Positions 29,576-38,174 of a stretch of 64,000 bases of DNA are shown piece after piece. A program made the position numbers and the translations under genes. The stretch's first letter is position 1, and each line of letters begins with the position of its first letter. Origin of the DNA: Herpetosiphon sp. NSE202 (lineage in GTDB: Bacteria; Chloroflexota; Chloroflexia; Chloroflexales; Herpetosiphonaceae); assembly GCF_042688385.1 (NCBI RefSeq), contig NZ_JBHUPY010000007.1:258110-322109 (forward strand). The letters are read 5' to 3'. Below the pieces are notes generated by a model. It was not told the origin of the DNA, made no database searches, and saw nothing but the letters and a program-made list of their open reading frames with translations.

Positions 29576-29828
29576 GACCGTGTGCTCCTTTCAAGCAATG
29601 GTGAATTTCAAACCTCGGCCACTATAAAGCTAGATAGTCCGAAACAACGTCCTTGCTCACGTCCCAAAGGTCAATAAAAGATTAATAAACGATGAAGTAG
29701 CGATGAATATTGCTGAGAATTCCAGCTAACAAACTTAATTTTAGATATAACGCCGCATAAACGTGGGCAAACGAGCTACATAAAAAGCCCTTAGTTCGTA
29801 ACCATTCTTGGGACATCCACAGCATGAA

Positions 29829-29954
29829 AAAGCCCCTCGCACGCTAGGCATGCGAGGGGCTTTAACACCTTGATTGTACCGCAATCTGTTGGTACATAAC
29901 GGTCGGCTCCCCCTCGCCCGCGTCTAGTGGGAGAGGGGGTTGGGGGGTGAGGGG
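29829..29954. repeat. 5'-diverged MITE-like element copy whose inner hairpin doubles as the rho-independent terminator of the FTR1 operon (- strand)
   Basis: agcccctcgca cgctaggca tgcgaggggc ttt aacacc .. cggctccccctcgcccgcgtctagtgggagagggggttggggggtgagggg. On the - strand the hairpin is followed by UUUUUC. Confidence 0.55.
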
Positions 29955-29979
29955 ACGTTTGACCACAGCTTTAAATTAT

Positions 29980-32310
29980 TTATTTGGCAGGGGCACTTTG
30001 GCGTTTAACCGCAACATCGGTTTTGCGATGTTGCAAGTGCTCAGCAATCACATACGAGCCAATGACGAAGGCAGCAGCTGCAACTTGTGAGGCAATGCCT
30101 TCCCAGGTTGCATAGAAGCCCAGCCACATATTGGCCCAATACGGAATTTCAAGGCTGCGAATTGGGTGCAGCGGCATCCAACCAACTAATTGCATAATAT
30201 GAACCGTGTTGCCAACCATAATCAGCAGCACCGCCCCAATCATCACGCCAGTGACGATCAGCATTTTCTTATGCGGCAATTTGGCTTGCAAACCAAAGAC
30301 TAGCACGCCAACCAAGGCCGTGCCACCAAGCCCCAGCGCAACCCCGCCAAGCACCACTTGGGTGCTAGCTTCGAGCACCAGCGCTTGCAAAAAGAGCACG
30401 GTTTCAACGCCTTCGCGATAGATGCTGGTAAAGCCCAAGGTGATCAAGCCCAGCCAAAGCCCTGCTTTGCCGCCAATAATTCGGCGTTTTTGGGCATGGA
30501 AATTGGCCATCCAGCCAGTCCAATAGACTTTGTGGAAGAACCAGTTGGTGATCAATAGCAACACGCCAATCGCAATCAACGAAACAATCGCCTCGATCTT
30601 TTCTTGATCACCACGCCGAATCAGTTCGTTGATCAAGCCTCGCGCTAGCACCCACGTTAGAGCTGTAGCGACCATCGCGAGGGCTGCACCAATCCAAATT
30701 GGCTTGCGATAGCTGCGTTGTTCGCCAATTTTGAGGCTGGCTAGCAACGAGGCCAAAATCAACACGGCCTCTAAGCCTTCGCGGAACACAATCACGGCAG
30801 CACTGGTAGCCACAGCTTCTGGGGTACTGGAGCCGCCAAGGGCATCTTGCGCCAAATCGAGTTGTTTATCCAAGGCTTGGCGGCTGGCGCGAATGTCGCT
30901 CAGCGGCGCTTTTTGGCGAATCAACTCGGCAAGGCCAGTAAATTCGTCTTTGCCATACCAAAAGAGATTTTCAATTGGGGCTTTGTATTCTGGCGCAAAC
31001 ACAATCAAGCGCGCTTCTGGGCCAGATTCGAGCACAGCGTAGGCTTCCAAACGCGCCGATTCAGCCAGATCATATTGATCGCCAGCGACAGCATTTTCCA
31101 TCTGATCAAGCATTGAATCGATCACATCGAAATCGCCTTCGAGGCTCGATTTTTGCCACTCGGCAGGCATAATTGAGGCTAAGGTTGTGGTAATGCTATC
31201 AACTTTGGCTTGCACTGCATCGGGGTCGGCGACGCTGGTACGTTGGGCCGCAGCGGTCAGCATCGTTTCAAGATCGCGCAACTCGCCAGCAACTTGTTGG
31301 GTTTTGGTCGCATCAATTTCGACCAACAAGCTTTCAAGGTCACTAAATGCGGCAGCAGCGCCATTACGGAAGGTAGTGGCTTCTTGAATTTCAAGGTCAA
31401 GCGTGACTTGGCCGTTGCGCACGCCACGTTCATATTCAACAGGCACAAGGCTCAAGAAGCGGCGCAATTGACCAGCGCGACGCACTTGCTCCGATGGACT
31501 AAGCGGAGCCGCCCGAAAGCCGCTGAGTGAGCCTTCAAAGGTTGTAATTGCCGTTTCTAGGTTGGTATTGCTTAGCGCTGCTTCGCGCAAGGCTTGGGCA
31601 TTGGTTAATGCACTATCAGCCTTATCAGGATATTGCCCACGATAGGCTGGCTCTAAAATATTAAAATAGCCTTGGATTGCTGCGCCAGCCTCTGCTTGCT
31701 GAATCCGATTGCCTTTTTGGGCGGCGCTACGCAGGGTGCGCAAACTCTCGTTAAGTTTGGCTTGATAGGTATCCAACAAATCGGCATCGAGGGCAATGCG
31801 GGCATCGGCGGCACTATAGGCTGCTTGTTTCCATTGCTCGATAGCGCGGGCTGCATCGCCATTAGGGCGTGAAAAGCGGGTCGCATTGCGAAACTCGCGC
31901 ACAGGCAGCCATTGCAAAGCTTGTTCTGGCTTGTCGGTATCGATTGCTTGGCCAACAATGCCATAGCTCGCTTTGAGCAAATCGATCCAGAGCAAGGCAC
32001 GCTGTTGAGCAAAGGCCGCAACATCGTTCGCAGCCAAGGCCTGATCTAAATCTGCCCAGCGTGTGGCGATTTCAGTAGCCTGTTGGGGAGCCAAGCTGGT
32101 CAAATCCTTGGCGAGAGCTTGATCATACAAGGCTTGGGCTTCGCTGACCAAACGTTTGGCGTTGGCAGCATCAGTTGTGAGCGATAATTGGGCTTTCACC
32201 AACAACGAACGCACCGATTCGCTGGCTTGGGCTGGTGATGGTTCGGCTGCCATGGCCGACCATGGCAATAAAGCAACGACCAACGCCAGCAAAAAACGAC
32301 GCAACCACAT
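29980..32310 (-). CDS. FTR1-family iron permease fused to a large (about 480 aa) N-terminal periplasmic domain
   Basis: Signal peptide MWLRRFLLALVVALLPWSAMA. The C-terminal 7-TM region carries two REGLE / REGVE motifs (..VIVFREGLEAVLILASL.., ..SIYREGVETVLFLQAL..). The ATG is at 32310 after AGGAG. Confidence 0.8.
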   Translation of the reverse strand: MWLRRFLLALVVALLPWSAMAAEPSPAQASESVRSLLVKAQLSLTTDAANAKRLVSEAQALYDQALAKDLTSLAPQQATEIATRWADLDQALAANDVAAFAQQRALLWIDLLKASYGIVGQAIDTDKPEQALQWLPVREFRNATRFSRPNGDAARAIEQWKQAAYSAADARIALDADLLDTYQAKLNESLRTLRSAAQKGNRIQQAEAGAAIQGYFNILEPAYRGQYPDKADSALTNAQALREAALSNTNLETAITTFEGSLSGFRAAPLSPSEQVRRAGQLRRFLSLVPVEYERGVRNGQVTLDLEIQEATTFRNGAAAAFSDLESLLVEIDATKTQQVAGELRDLETMLTAAAQRTSVADPDAVQAKVDSITTTLASIMPAEWQKSSLEGDFDVIDSMLDQMENAVAGDQYDLAESARLEAYAVLESGPEARLIVFAPEYKAPIENLFWYGKDEFTGLAELIRQKAPLSDIRASRQALDKQLDLAQDALGGSSTPEAVATSAAVIVFREGLEAVLILASLLASLKIGEQRSYRKPIWIGAALAMVATALTWVLARGLINELIRRGDQEKIEAIVSLIAIGVLLLITNWFFHKVYWTGWMANFHAQKRRIIGGKAGLWLGLITLGFTSIYREGVETVLFLQALVLEASTQVVLGGVALGLGGTALVGVLVFGLQAKLPHKKMLIVTGVMIGAVLLIMVGNTVHIMQLVGWMPLHPIRSLEIPYWANMWLGFYATWEGIASQVAAAAFVIGSYVIAEHLQHRKTDVAVKRQSAPAK

Positions 32311-32374
32311 ACAAGCTCCTAAAATTGTGGTTTGCTGCTGCTCACAATGGGCAACAGCAAAATAAACCGACAAA

Positions 32375-32412
32375 GGACGTGAACCGTATGCCAACAGTTC
32401 ACGTCCTTTGCT
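32375..32412. promoter_or_regulatory. Perfect 12-bp-stem palindrome aaggacgtgaac(N12)gttcacgtcctt in the imelysin-FTR1 intergenic region
   Basis: Read directly. It contains GTGAAC..GTTCAC half-sites. A second imperfect palindrome, aatcaGTTCgtGAACcgatt, lies at 32547-32566. Confidence 0.4.
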
Positions 32413-32586
32413 GCTTAAGTTTTGTGATGGAGGGACGCACACCCAAACTCCATCGACCTTGCTCCGTCGCAACTTCTTTCTCATTGATCGCATAGGTATA
32501 ACTGTGATACAAGCAGTATACCTATTTTGGTTCGATTTGCGAATCAGTTCGTGAACCGATTTTTAGCCTATTTCGAGCTTTTTTGC

Positions 32587-33666
32587 TTATTCGCTAATTT
32601 TTACATTCAAGCGAGCAGCAATTTGGCTAACTTGGCCGGTAATTGCATCAGCACGATTTTGGGCTTCAGCACCGAGCAAATCGGCTTCTTCCGCGGTAAA
32701 GCGTTGGCCAGCTTGTTCTTTTTTGTGCACATCGGCAACAAAATCGCGTAGACCTTGTAAGTTGGTCTTGATTTGGCGATCTTGATCGGCATCGAGGGTA
32801 GCAATTTTGGGGCTAAGGCTGTCGTAGACAACTTGCAAGCTGCCCAAAATATCGCCGATGTCGGCCAAACGTGAGATGGCCACGAAATCGCGTTGGGTGC
32901 TGCTATCGCCAGCAACAAAGCGCGAGTTCTTCCACGAATCGAAATATTCGTTCATGGTTGGCACCATCACGACCAAGGCGCTAAATGCGTCGCTGTCGGT
33001 TGGTTCCCAAGCTTTGGCGGCGGTATCAAGCTCGGTTGCGGTGGCTTTGAGCTTTTGGGCTGCTGCCAACAACACATTCGCTTCTGGCAACGATTCGCCA
33101 AATTCAACCGTGCCGTTGCCGTTGATATCGGCTTCTACATCGGTGACGCGGAAAGCATCGTAGGTGCCCCAGAGCGTGCTTTCGGTTACGCCAAACAAGT
33201 TGCCTGGTTTGGCAACCGTGCGGCCATCAGCCAAGGTCAAATCATAATTGACCACGCTATCGCCGCCTTCTTCTGCCGAAGCGCCAGCGTCAAGCGTTAC
33301 GTCGAAATCGGCCAAGCTGCTTACGCCTGCAACGATCCCTTCCATTTGTTCGTAGGTAGGGCTGGATTTCAACCAAGCTGCTTTGGCATCGTTTAAGATT
33401 GTGCCAACCTCAGCTTGCTTGCTGCTCCACAGCGTTGCATAATCGAAATTAGCAGCTTTTGCCAAATCATAATAGCGTTGGCTAGCGGTTTCCAAAGCGC
33501 TGGTACTGGTGATCAAATCGCCAGTTTTGCCCAAAAGATAGGTCTTGATTGCGCCAAGTTCGCCAGCGGCGGCAGCTTGGGTTGGTTGCGTGGTAGGAGC
33601 AGCTTCTTCAGCACCACAGCCGAAAAGCACTGCCACGAGAGTTAATGCACAAAGCCAACGATACAT
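32587..33666 (-). CDS. Imelysin-like (EfeO/M75-like) periplasmic lipoprotein, iron-uptake associated
   Basis: Lipobox MYRWLCALTLVAVLFGCGA. It lies co-directional and upstream of the FTR1 permease gene, the typical imelysin-FTR1 pairing. The ATG is at 33666 after GGAGG. Confidence 0.65.
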   Translation of the reverse strand: MYRWLCALTLVAVLFGCGAEEAAPTTQPTQAAAAGELGAIKTYLLGKTGDLITSTSALETASQRYYDLAKAANFDYATLWSSKQAEVGTILNDAKAAWLKSSPTYEQMEGIVAGVSSLADFDVTLDAGASAEEGGDSVVNYDLTLADGRTVAKPGNLFGVTESTLWGTYDAFRVTDVEADINGNGTVEFGESLPEANVLLAAAQKLKATATELDTAAKAWEPTDSDAFSALVVMVPTMNEYFDSWKNSRFVAGDSSTQRDFVAISRLADIGDILGSLQVVYDSLSPKIATLDADQDRQIKTNLQGLRDFVADVHKKEQAGQRFTAEEADLLGAEAQNRADAITGQVSQIAARLNVKISE

Positions 33667-33773
33667 GAGCCAGAAACCTCCAAATGCCAAGGTCTAGTTA
33701 AATCAGTTAGTACGGAAAAAACTGTTTTTATTGTGATTGGCAGAGTATACGTCGCGCTATTGGTTCTGTCAAA

Positions 33774-33788
33774 CGAGAATGATTCTTA
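33774..33788. promoter_or_regulatory. Candidate Fur-family 7-1-7 box cGAGAATgATTCTta upstream of the imelysin-FTR1 operon
   Basis: The 11-bp perfect palindrome agaatgattct resembles the TGATAATnATTATCA architecture (5/7 plus 5/7 matches). Confidence 0.25.
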
Positions 33789-33925
33789 GATTTAGCTGCT
33801 GAATCAAGCCCAAAGCTGCGTCAACGCGAGGCCAAGTCAATGGTACAATTTGTGATATTACAGCACAAGGAATCCCAATTAAAAACTGTGCTGGAACATT
33901 CTATATTTGAGAAAGGAACAATTGA

Positions 33926-35224
33926 ATGCTAAGTGACATAGCCAGCGAGCTAGGAATTGTCTTGGTATTGCTGGTTGCCAACGGGGTTTTTGCTGCATCG
34001 GAGCTAGCCATGGTTTCGGCGCGGCGTTCTCGCTTAGAACAACAAGCCGCCGATGGCGATCTTCGGGCAAAGAAGGCCCTGCAACTCGCCGACCAACCTG
34101 ATCGTTTATTAGCCACCGTTCAAGTTGGGATCACATTAATTGGTACGTTTGCAGCAGCTTTTGGGGGCGCGAACATCAGCAAACCCTTTGCCGAATATCT
34201 GAAAACGATTCCTGCGCTCGAGAGTTATGCCGATTCAATTGCCTTTACGGTGGTTGTATTGCTCATCACGTATCTGTCGTTGATTATTGGTGAGCTAGTG
34301 CCAAAACGCTTAGCTTTGTTGCATGCAGATGCGATTGCCCGCAACCTTGCGCCGTTACTTTCGTGGCTTTCGTGGCTCACCCGCCCAATCGTTTGGGTGC
34401 TTACCAATTCATCAACTTTGATTTTGATGTTGATTGGCCAGAACAAAAAACCTGATTCTAGCGTTACCGAAGACGATATTTTGTATATGACCCGCGAAGG
34501 GCGAGCAGGCGGCACAGTGGCCTTGCACGAAGAAGCGTTAATCTCGCGGGTTTTCGATTTTTCGGATCGCACGGCGCGCATGTTGATGACTCCCCGCCCC
34601 GATGTGGTAGCGGTCAGCGCCAACACCCCACTTGCTGAAATCACTCGCATTGCGGTTGAACATGGCTATTCGCGCATGCCAGTCTACGAAGGCGATTCGC
34701 TTGACCGCTCGATTGGCACGATCTATATAAAGGATGTGTTGCCATCGATGTTGGGCAACGATCAACGCCAACTGCGTGAATTGGTGCGCCCGCCAACCTA
34801 TGTCTTGGAGCACGAGCCAGTATCCAAAATGTTGAGTCTGTTTCGCCGAACTGGCTCGCATATGGCCTTGGTGGTCGATGAGTATGGCCAAATTTCGGGG
34901 ATTCTGACCCTCGAAGACGTGTTAGAAGAATTAGTTGGCGATATTCGCGACGAATATGATTCGAACGAAGAACAAACCATGGTCAAGCGTGATGATGGCT
35001 CATGGCTGATCGACGGCTCTGAATCCTATGCGGTAATTGCAGATCGCTTAAACATTGCAATTAATGATGCCAATGATTTTGTGACGATTGCGGGCTATGT
35101 GCTAAACGAACTGCATCGTTTGCCAAATGTTGGTGATCATGTCGCTTGGGATGATTATGATGTTGAAGTTATCGATATGGATGGGCGGCGGATTGATAAA
35201 GTCTTGATCAAAAAACGCGCCTAA
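33926..35224 (+). CDS. HlyC/CorC (CNNM) family transporter: DUF21 TM domain, CBS pair and CorC_HlyC domain
   Basis: N-terminal 4 TM (..GIVLVLLVANGVFAASELAMVSARRSRLE..), a CBS pair and C-terminal ..WLIDGSESYAVIADRLNIAI.. Confidence 0.85.
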   Translation: MLSDIASELGIVLVLLVANGVFAASELAMVSARRSRLEQQAADGDLRAKKALQLADQPDRLLATVQVGITLIGTFAAAFGGANISKPFAEYLKTIPALESYADSIAFTVVVLLITYLSLIIGELVPKRLALLHADAIARNLAPLLSWLSWLTRPIVWVLTNSSTLILMLIGQNKKPDSSVTEDDILYMTREGRAGGTVALHEEALISRVFDFSDRTARMLMTPRPDVVAVSANTPLAEITRIAVEHGYSRMPVYEGDSLDRSIGTIYIKDVLPSMLGNDQRQLRELVRPPTYVLEHEPVSKMLSLFRRTGSHMALVVDEYGQISGILTLEDVLEELVGDIRDEYDSNEEQTMVKRDDGSWLIDGSESYAVIADRLNIAINDANDFVTIAGYVLNELHRLPNVGDHVAWDDYDVEVIDMDGRRIDKVLIKKRA

Positions 35225-35344
35225 ACTGCTTGATCGACAATTGGCAATGACGAAGCTCGTTTGAGTTTCGTCATTTGCGTTAATCACGAACCTGTTGAAT
35301 TGATTGTTGATAAAGCCCGTCACGTGTTTACAACAAGAGGTGAT

Positions 35345-35944
35345 ATGCTTGATTTAGATCGTGCTTTAGCCCAATTTCCCGTGTTGGAGACCAAGCGCCT
35401 GATATTGCGCCAGCCAGTTTTAGCCGATCGCGATCCCATGTTTGCGATTATGGCCGACCAGCAGGTATTGCGTTATTTTGGTCAATTGCCAATGGAAACG
35501 CCTGAGCAAGCAGAAAATCGCTTGAACAATCTCAAACGATCGTTTGAGCAAAAAATTGGTGTGCGCTGGGCCATTACCTTACGCGACCATGGCGAATGGA
35601 TTGGTTCTGGTGGGTTTTGGCGGTTTGAGAGCGAGCATGCGCGGGCCGAAATTGGCTACGAATTGGCAGCCCAATACTGGGGCCAGGGCATTATGACCGA
35701 GGCCTTGCAGGCGATTCTCCAATTTGGCTTTGAAAACCTTAAATTACATAGCGTCGAAGCCCAAATTCACCCTGAGAATCAAGGCTCGCGGCGAGCGCTC
35801 GAAAAAGTTGGCTTTCGCCAAGAAGGGCTGCTGCGCGAGAACTACTTTGATATTGTCGAAAAACGCTTTACCGACACGGTGGTCTTTGGCTTGCTCGGCA
35901 CTGATTGGCGAGCGGCGCAGGCCAAAAAGATTAACAACGGTTAA
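35345..35944 (+). CDS. GNAT family N-acetyltransferase (RimJ/RimL-like)
   Basis: ..WAITLRDHGEWIGSGGFWRFE..IGYELAAQYWGQGIMTEAL.. is the acetyl-CoA binding core. The ATG is at 35345 after GAGGTGA. Confidence 0.8.
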   Translation: MLDLDRALAQFPVLETKRLILRQPVLADRDPMFAIMADQQVLRYFGQLPMETPEQAENRLNNLKRSFEQKIGVRWAITLRDHGEWIGSGGFWRFESEHARAEIGYELAAQYWGQGIMTEALQAILQFGFENLKLHSVEAQIHPENQGSRRALEKVGFRQEGLLRENYFDIVEKRFTDTVVFGLLGTDWRAAQAKKINNG

Positions 35945-36017
35945 GCCAAAGCTTTGACTTTTTATCAGCGCTACGGTAGCATAACGAGCGATTGAAAACC
36001 CATGGAGGTTCTTACAG

Positions 36018-36254
36018 ATGCGCAAACACATGTTGGCTAGCCTTGTTGTGCTAGCACTCTTGGCTGGTTGTTCAACCACCGGTTCAGCTCCAACCACGGC
36101 TCCGGTTACCAACCAACCAACCAATCCGGCCCCAGCCCAAACCCCGGCCAGCTACCCAACGCCAGCAGATGGCAACGTGGTTGTTGAGCCAACCTTGGAG
36201 CCAGGCCAATACCCAGCCCCCAACTCGCAACCAACGGCCTACCCAACTCCCTAG
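36018..36254 (+). CDS. Small Pro/Thr-rich lipoprotein
   Basis: MRKHMLASLVVLALLAGCSTTG has a lipobox. A GGAGG RBS is present. Confidence 0.55.
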   Translation: MRKHMLASLVVLALLAGCSTTGSAPTTAPVTNQPTNPAPAQTPASYPTPADGNVVVEPTLEPGQYPAPNSQPTAYPTP

Positions 36255-36256
36255 GG

Positions 36257-36285
36257 TTGCACGGCCTTAGTGGTAGTGATATACT
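36257..36285 (+). promoter_or_regulatory. Sigma-70-like promoter TTGCAC-N17-TATACT for the nusA operon
   Basis: ttgcac ggccttagtggtagtga tatact, about 145 nt upstream of the nusA ATG. Confidence 0.4.
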
Positions 36286-36310
36286 ATAATCAGTATGAAG
36301 TACACAGACC

Positions 36311-36341
36311 GAAACGTGGGTGTCCCCCACGTTTCTTCTTG
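36311..36341 (+). terminator. Leader hairpin (10-bp stem gaaacgtggg / cccacgtttc) plus U-rich tract in the nusA 5' UTR; candidate NusA-dependent attenuator
   Basis: Structure read directly. It lies between the putative promoter and the nusA start. Confidence 0.4.
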
Positions 36342-36429
36342 TCAACAAGGTTAACCAACGCAGGGTGGCTCCATCAAAGCAGGTATTATGTCGATACCTG
36401 ACCCACTGCACCCCTAAGCGAGGCTAGAT

Positions 36430-37764
36430 ATGAAAAGTGATTTTTACGCAGCTATTTCACAGATTGCCGCTGAGCGCGGCATTCCCCGCGAGTCGGTGCA
36501 GGATGTGGTCGAGCAAGCCCTAATCTCCGCCTATCGGCGCTATTTGGGCAATAATCCGCCACCCGTTGATGTTAAGATTGAATTAGAGCCAAATACTGGC
36601 CGCATTCGGGTTTATGCTGAAAAGCAAGTTGTTGATGAAGTAATGGATGATCGCTTCGAGATCGACATTGAAGATGCTCGCAACGTGCGCGCCGATGTTG
36701 AAATTGGCGAAACCGTCTATGTTGAAAGCACGCCCGACGATTTTGGCCGGATTGCCGCCCAAACTGCTAAGCAAGTTGTGCTCCAACGAATCAAAGAAGT
36801 TGAACGCGACCATATTTATGGCGAATACTTTGATCGCGAAGGCGAAATTGTCACGGCGACCGTGCAGCGCACCGCCAAAGGCAACGTCATTTTAGAAGTT
36901 GGGCGCGCCGAAGCAATTCTGCCCCAAAAAGAGCAAATTAGCCACGACAACTATCGCCATGGCCAGCGGCTCAAAGTCTATTTGATGGAAGCCCGCCGTG
37001 ATGATCCCCGTGGCCCGCGCTTGGTGGCCTCGCGCACCCACAAAGATTTGATCAAACGCTTGTTTGAAATGGAAGTGCCAGAAATTTATAACGGCACGGT
37101 TGAAATTAAATCAATTGCCCGCGAACCGGGCTTACGATCGAAAGTAGCCGTGCATGCCCGCCAAGAAGGCATCGACCCAGTTGGCTCGTGCGTGGGGATG
37201 CGCGGGATTCGGATTCAAAATATTGTCAATGAACTGAACGGCGAGAAGATCGACGTGGTGCAATGGGGCGCTGATATGCGGGTATTTATTGCCAACGCCC
37301 TCAGCCCAGCCCAAGTCGTCGAAGTTCATCTTGATGAAGGCGAGAAAACGGCCACCGTGGTCGTGCCAGATAAACAATTGTCGTTGGCAATTGGCAAGGA
37401 GGGCCAAAACGTTCGTTTGGCAGCCAAACTGGTTGGTTGGCGCATCGACATCAAGAGCGCATCTTCACTCCTTGAGGAAGAACGCGCTGCTGCCGAAGTG
37501 CGCGAAGCTGCCGCGTCGGAACAAATGCTGCAAGAAGCAGCGCTTTCAACCGCCAAAGTCGAAACCCGCAAGGTTCGGGTCGATTCCTTGGTTACCTATC
37601 AAGGGCGACAATACGGCCCATTGCCAGCAGAGATTATTGGCGAAGAAGTCGCGTTACGCGCCGCCGCCCAAAAACTCAATATTTATTTCAATGACAAGCT
37701 CATTGCTAGCTATATCATCGATGATGAAGCTGGCGAGAGCGACGAGACGGATACCGAGGCATAG
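36430..37764 (+). CDS. nusA: Transcription termination/antitermination factor NusA
   Basis: [37 protein letters not shown].. An S1 domain reads ..[21 protein letters not shown].. KH domains and an acidic C-terminal tail are present. Confidence 0.9.
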   Translation: MKSDFYAAISQIAAERGIPRESVQDVVEQALISAYRRYLGNNPPPVDVKIELEPNTGRIRVYAEKQVVDEVMDDRFEIDIEDARNVRADVEIGETVYVESTPDDFGRIAAQTAKQVVLQRIKEVERDHIYGEYFDREGEIVTATVQRTAKGNVILEVGRAEAILPQKEQISHDNYRHGQRLKVYLMEARRDDPRGPRLVASRTHKDLIKRLFEMEVPEIYNGTVEIKSIAREPGLRSKVAVHARQEGIDPVGSCVGMRGIRIQNIVNELNGEKIDVVQWGADMRVFIANALSPAQVVEVHLDEGEKTATVVVPDKQLSLAIGKEGQNVRLAAKLVGWRIDIKSASSLLEEERAAAEVREAAASEQMLQEAALSTAKVETRKVRVDSLVTYQGRQYGPLPAEIIGEEVALRAAAQKLNIYFNDKLIASYIIDDEAGESDETDTEA

Positions 37765-37767
37765 CCT

Positions 37768-38091
37768 ATGGCTGCTCAAAAGCAGTCGCCGCGCCCACGC
37801 CATGTGCCACAGCGCATGTGTGTTGCTTGCCGGCGTACCGATAATAAACGTCAGTTGGTACGTCTTGTACGCTTGGCCGACCAAAGTGTTGTGGTCGATC
37901 CAAGTGGCAAGCAAGCGGGCCGCGGTGCATATCTCTGTGCTGAACGCCCATGTTGGACCAATGCGCTAAAGCGCGGGGCCTTAGAGCGAGCCTTGCGCGT
38001 CGAATTAAGCGCGATTGATCAGCAGGCTCTGCAAACAATTGCTGATCAATTTCCCGATGCTGACCCAGCGGTGGAGGCTGCGATGAACTAA
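37768..38091 (+). CDS. ylxR: YlxR/DUF448 family RNA-binding protein
   Basis: ..PQRMCVACRRTDNKRQLVRLV..GRGAYLC.. It sits in the conserved position between nusA and infB. Confidence 0.8.
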   Translation: MAAQKQSPRPRHVPQRMCVACRRTDNKRQLVRLVRLADQSVVVDPSGKQAGRGAYLCAERPCWTNALKRGALERALRVELSAIDQQALQTIADQFPDADPAVEAAMN

Positions 38092-38174
38092 GCCGCATCA
38101 CTGCCTTCGCCTCTGGCTTCAGCTTCCCAAGCCCTTAAACACAAGTTTCGTGTTGGGCATTAGGAGGACTATAG

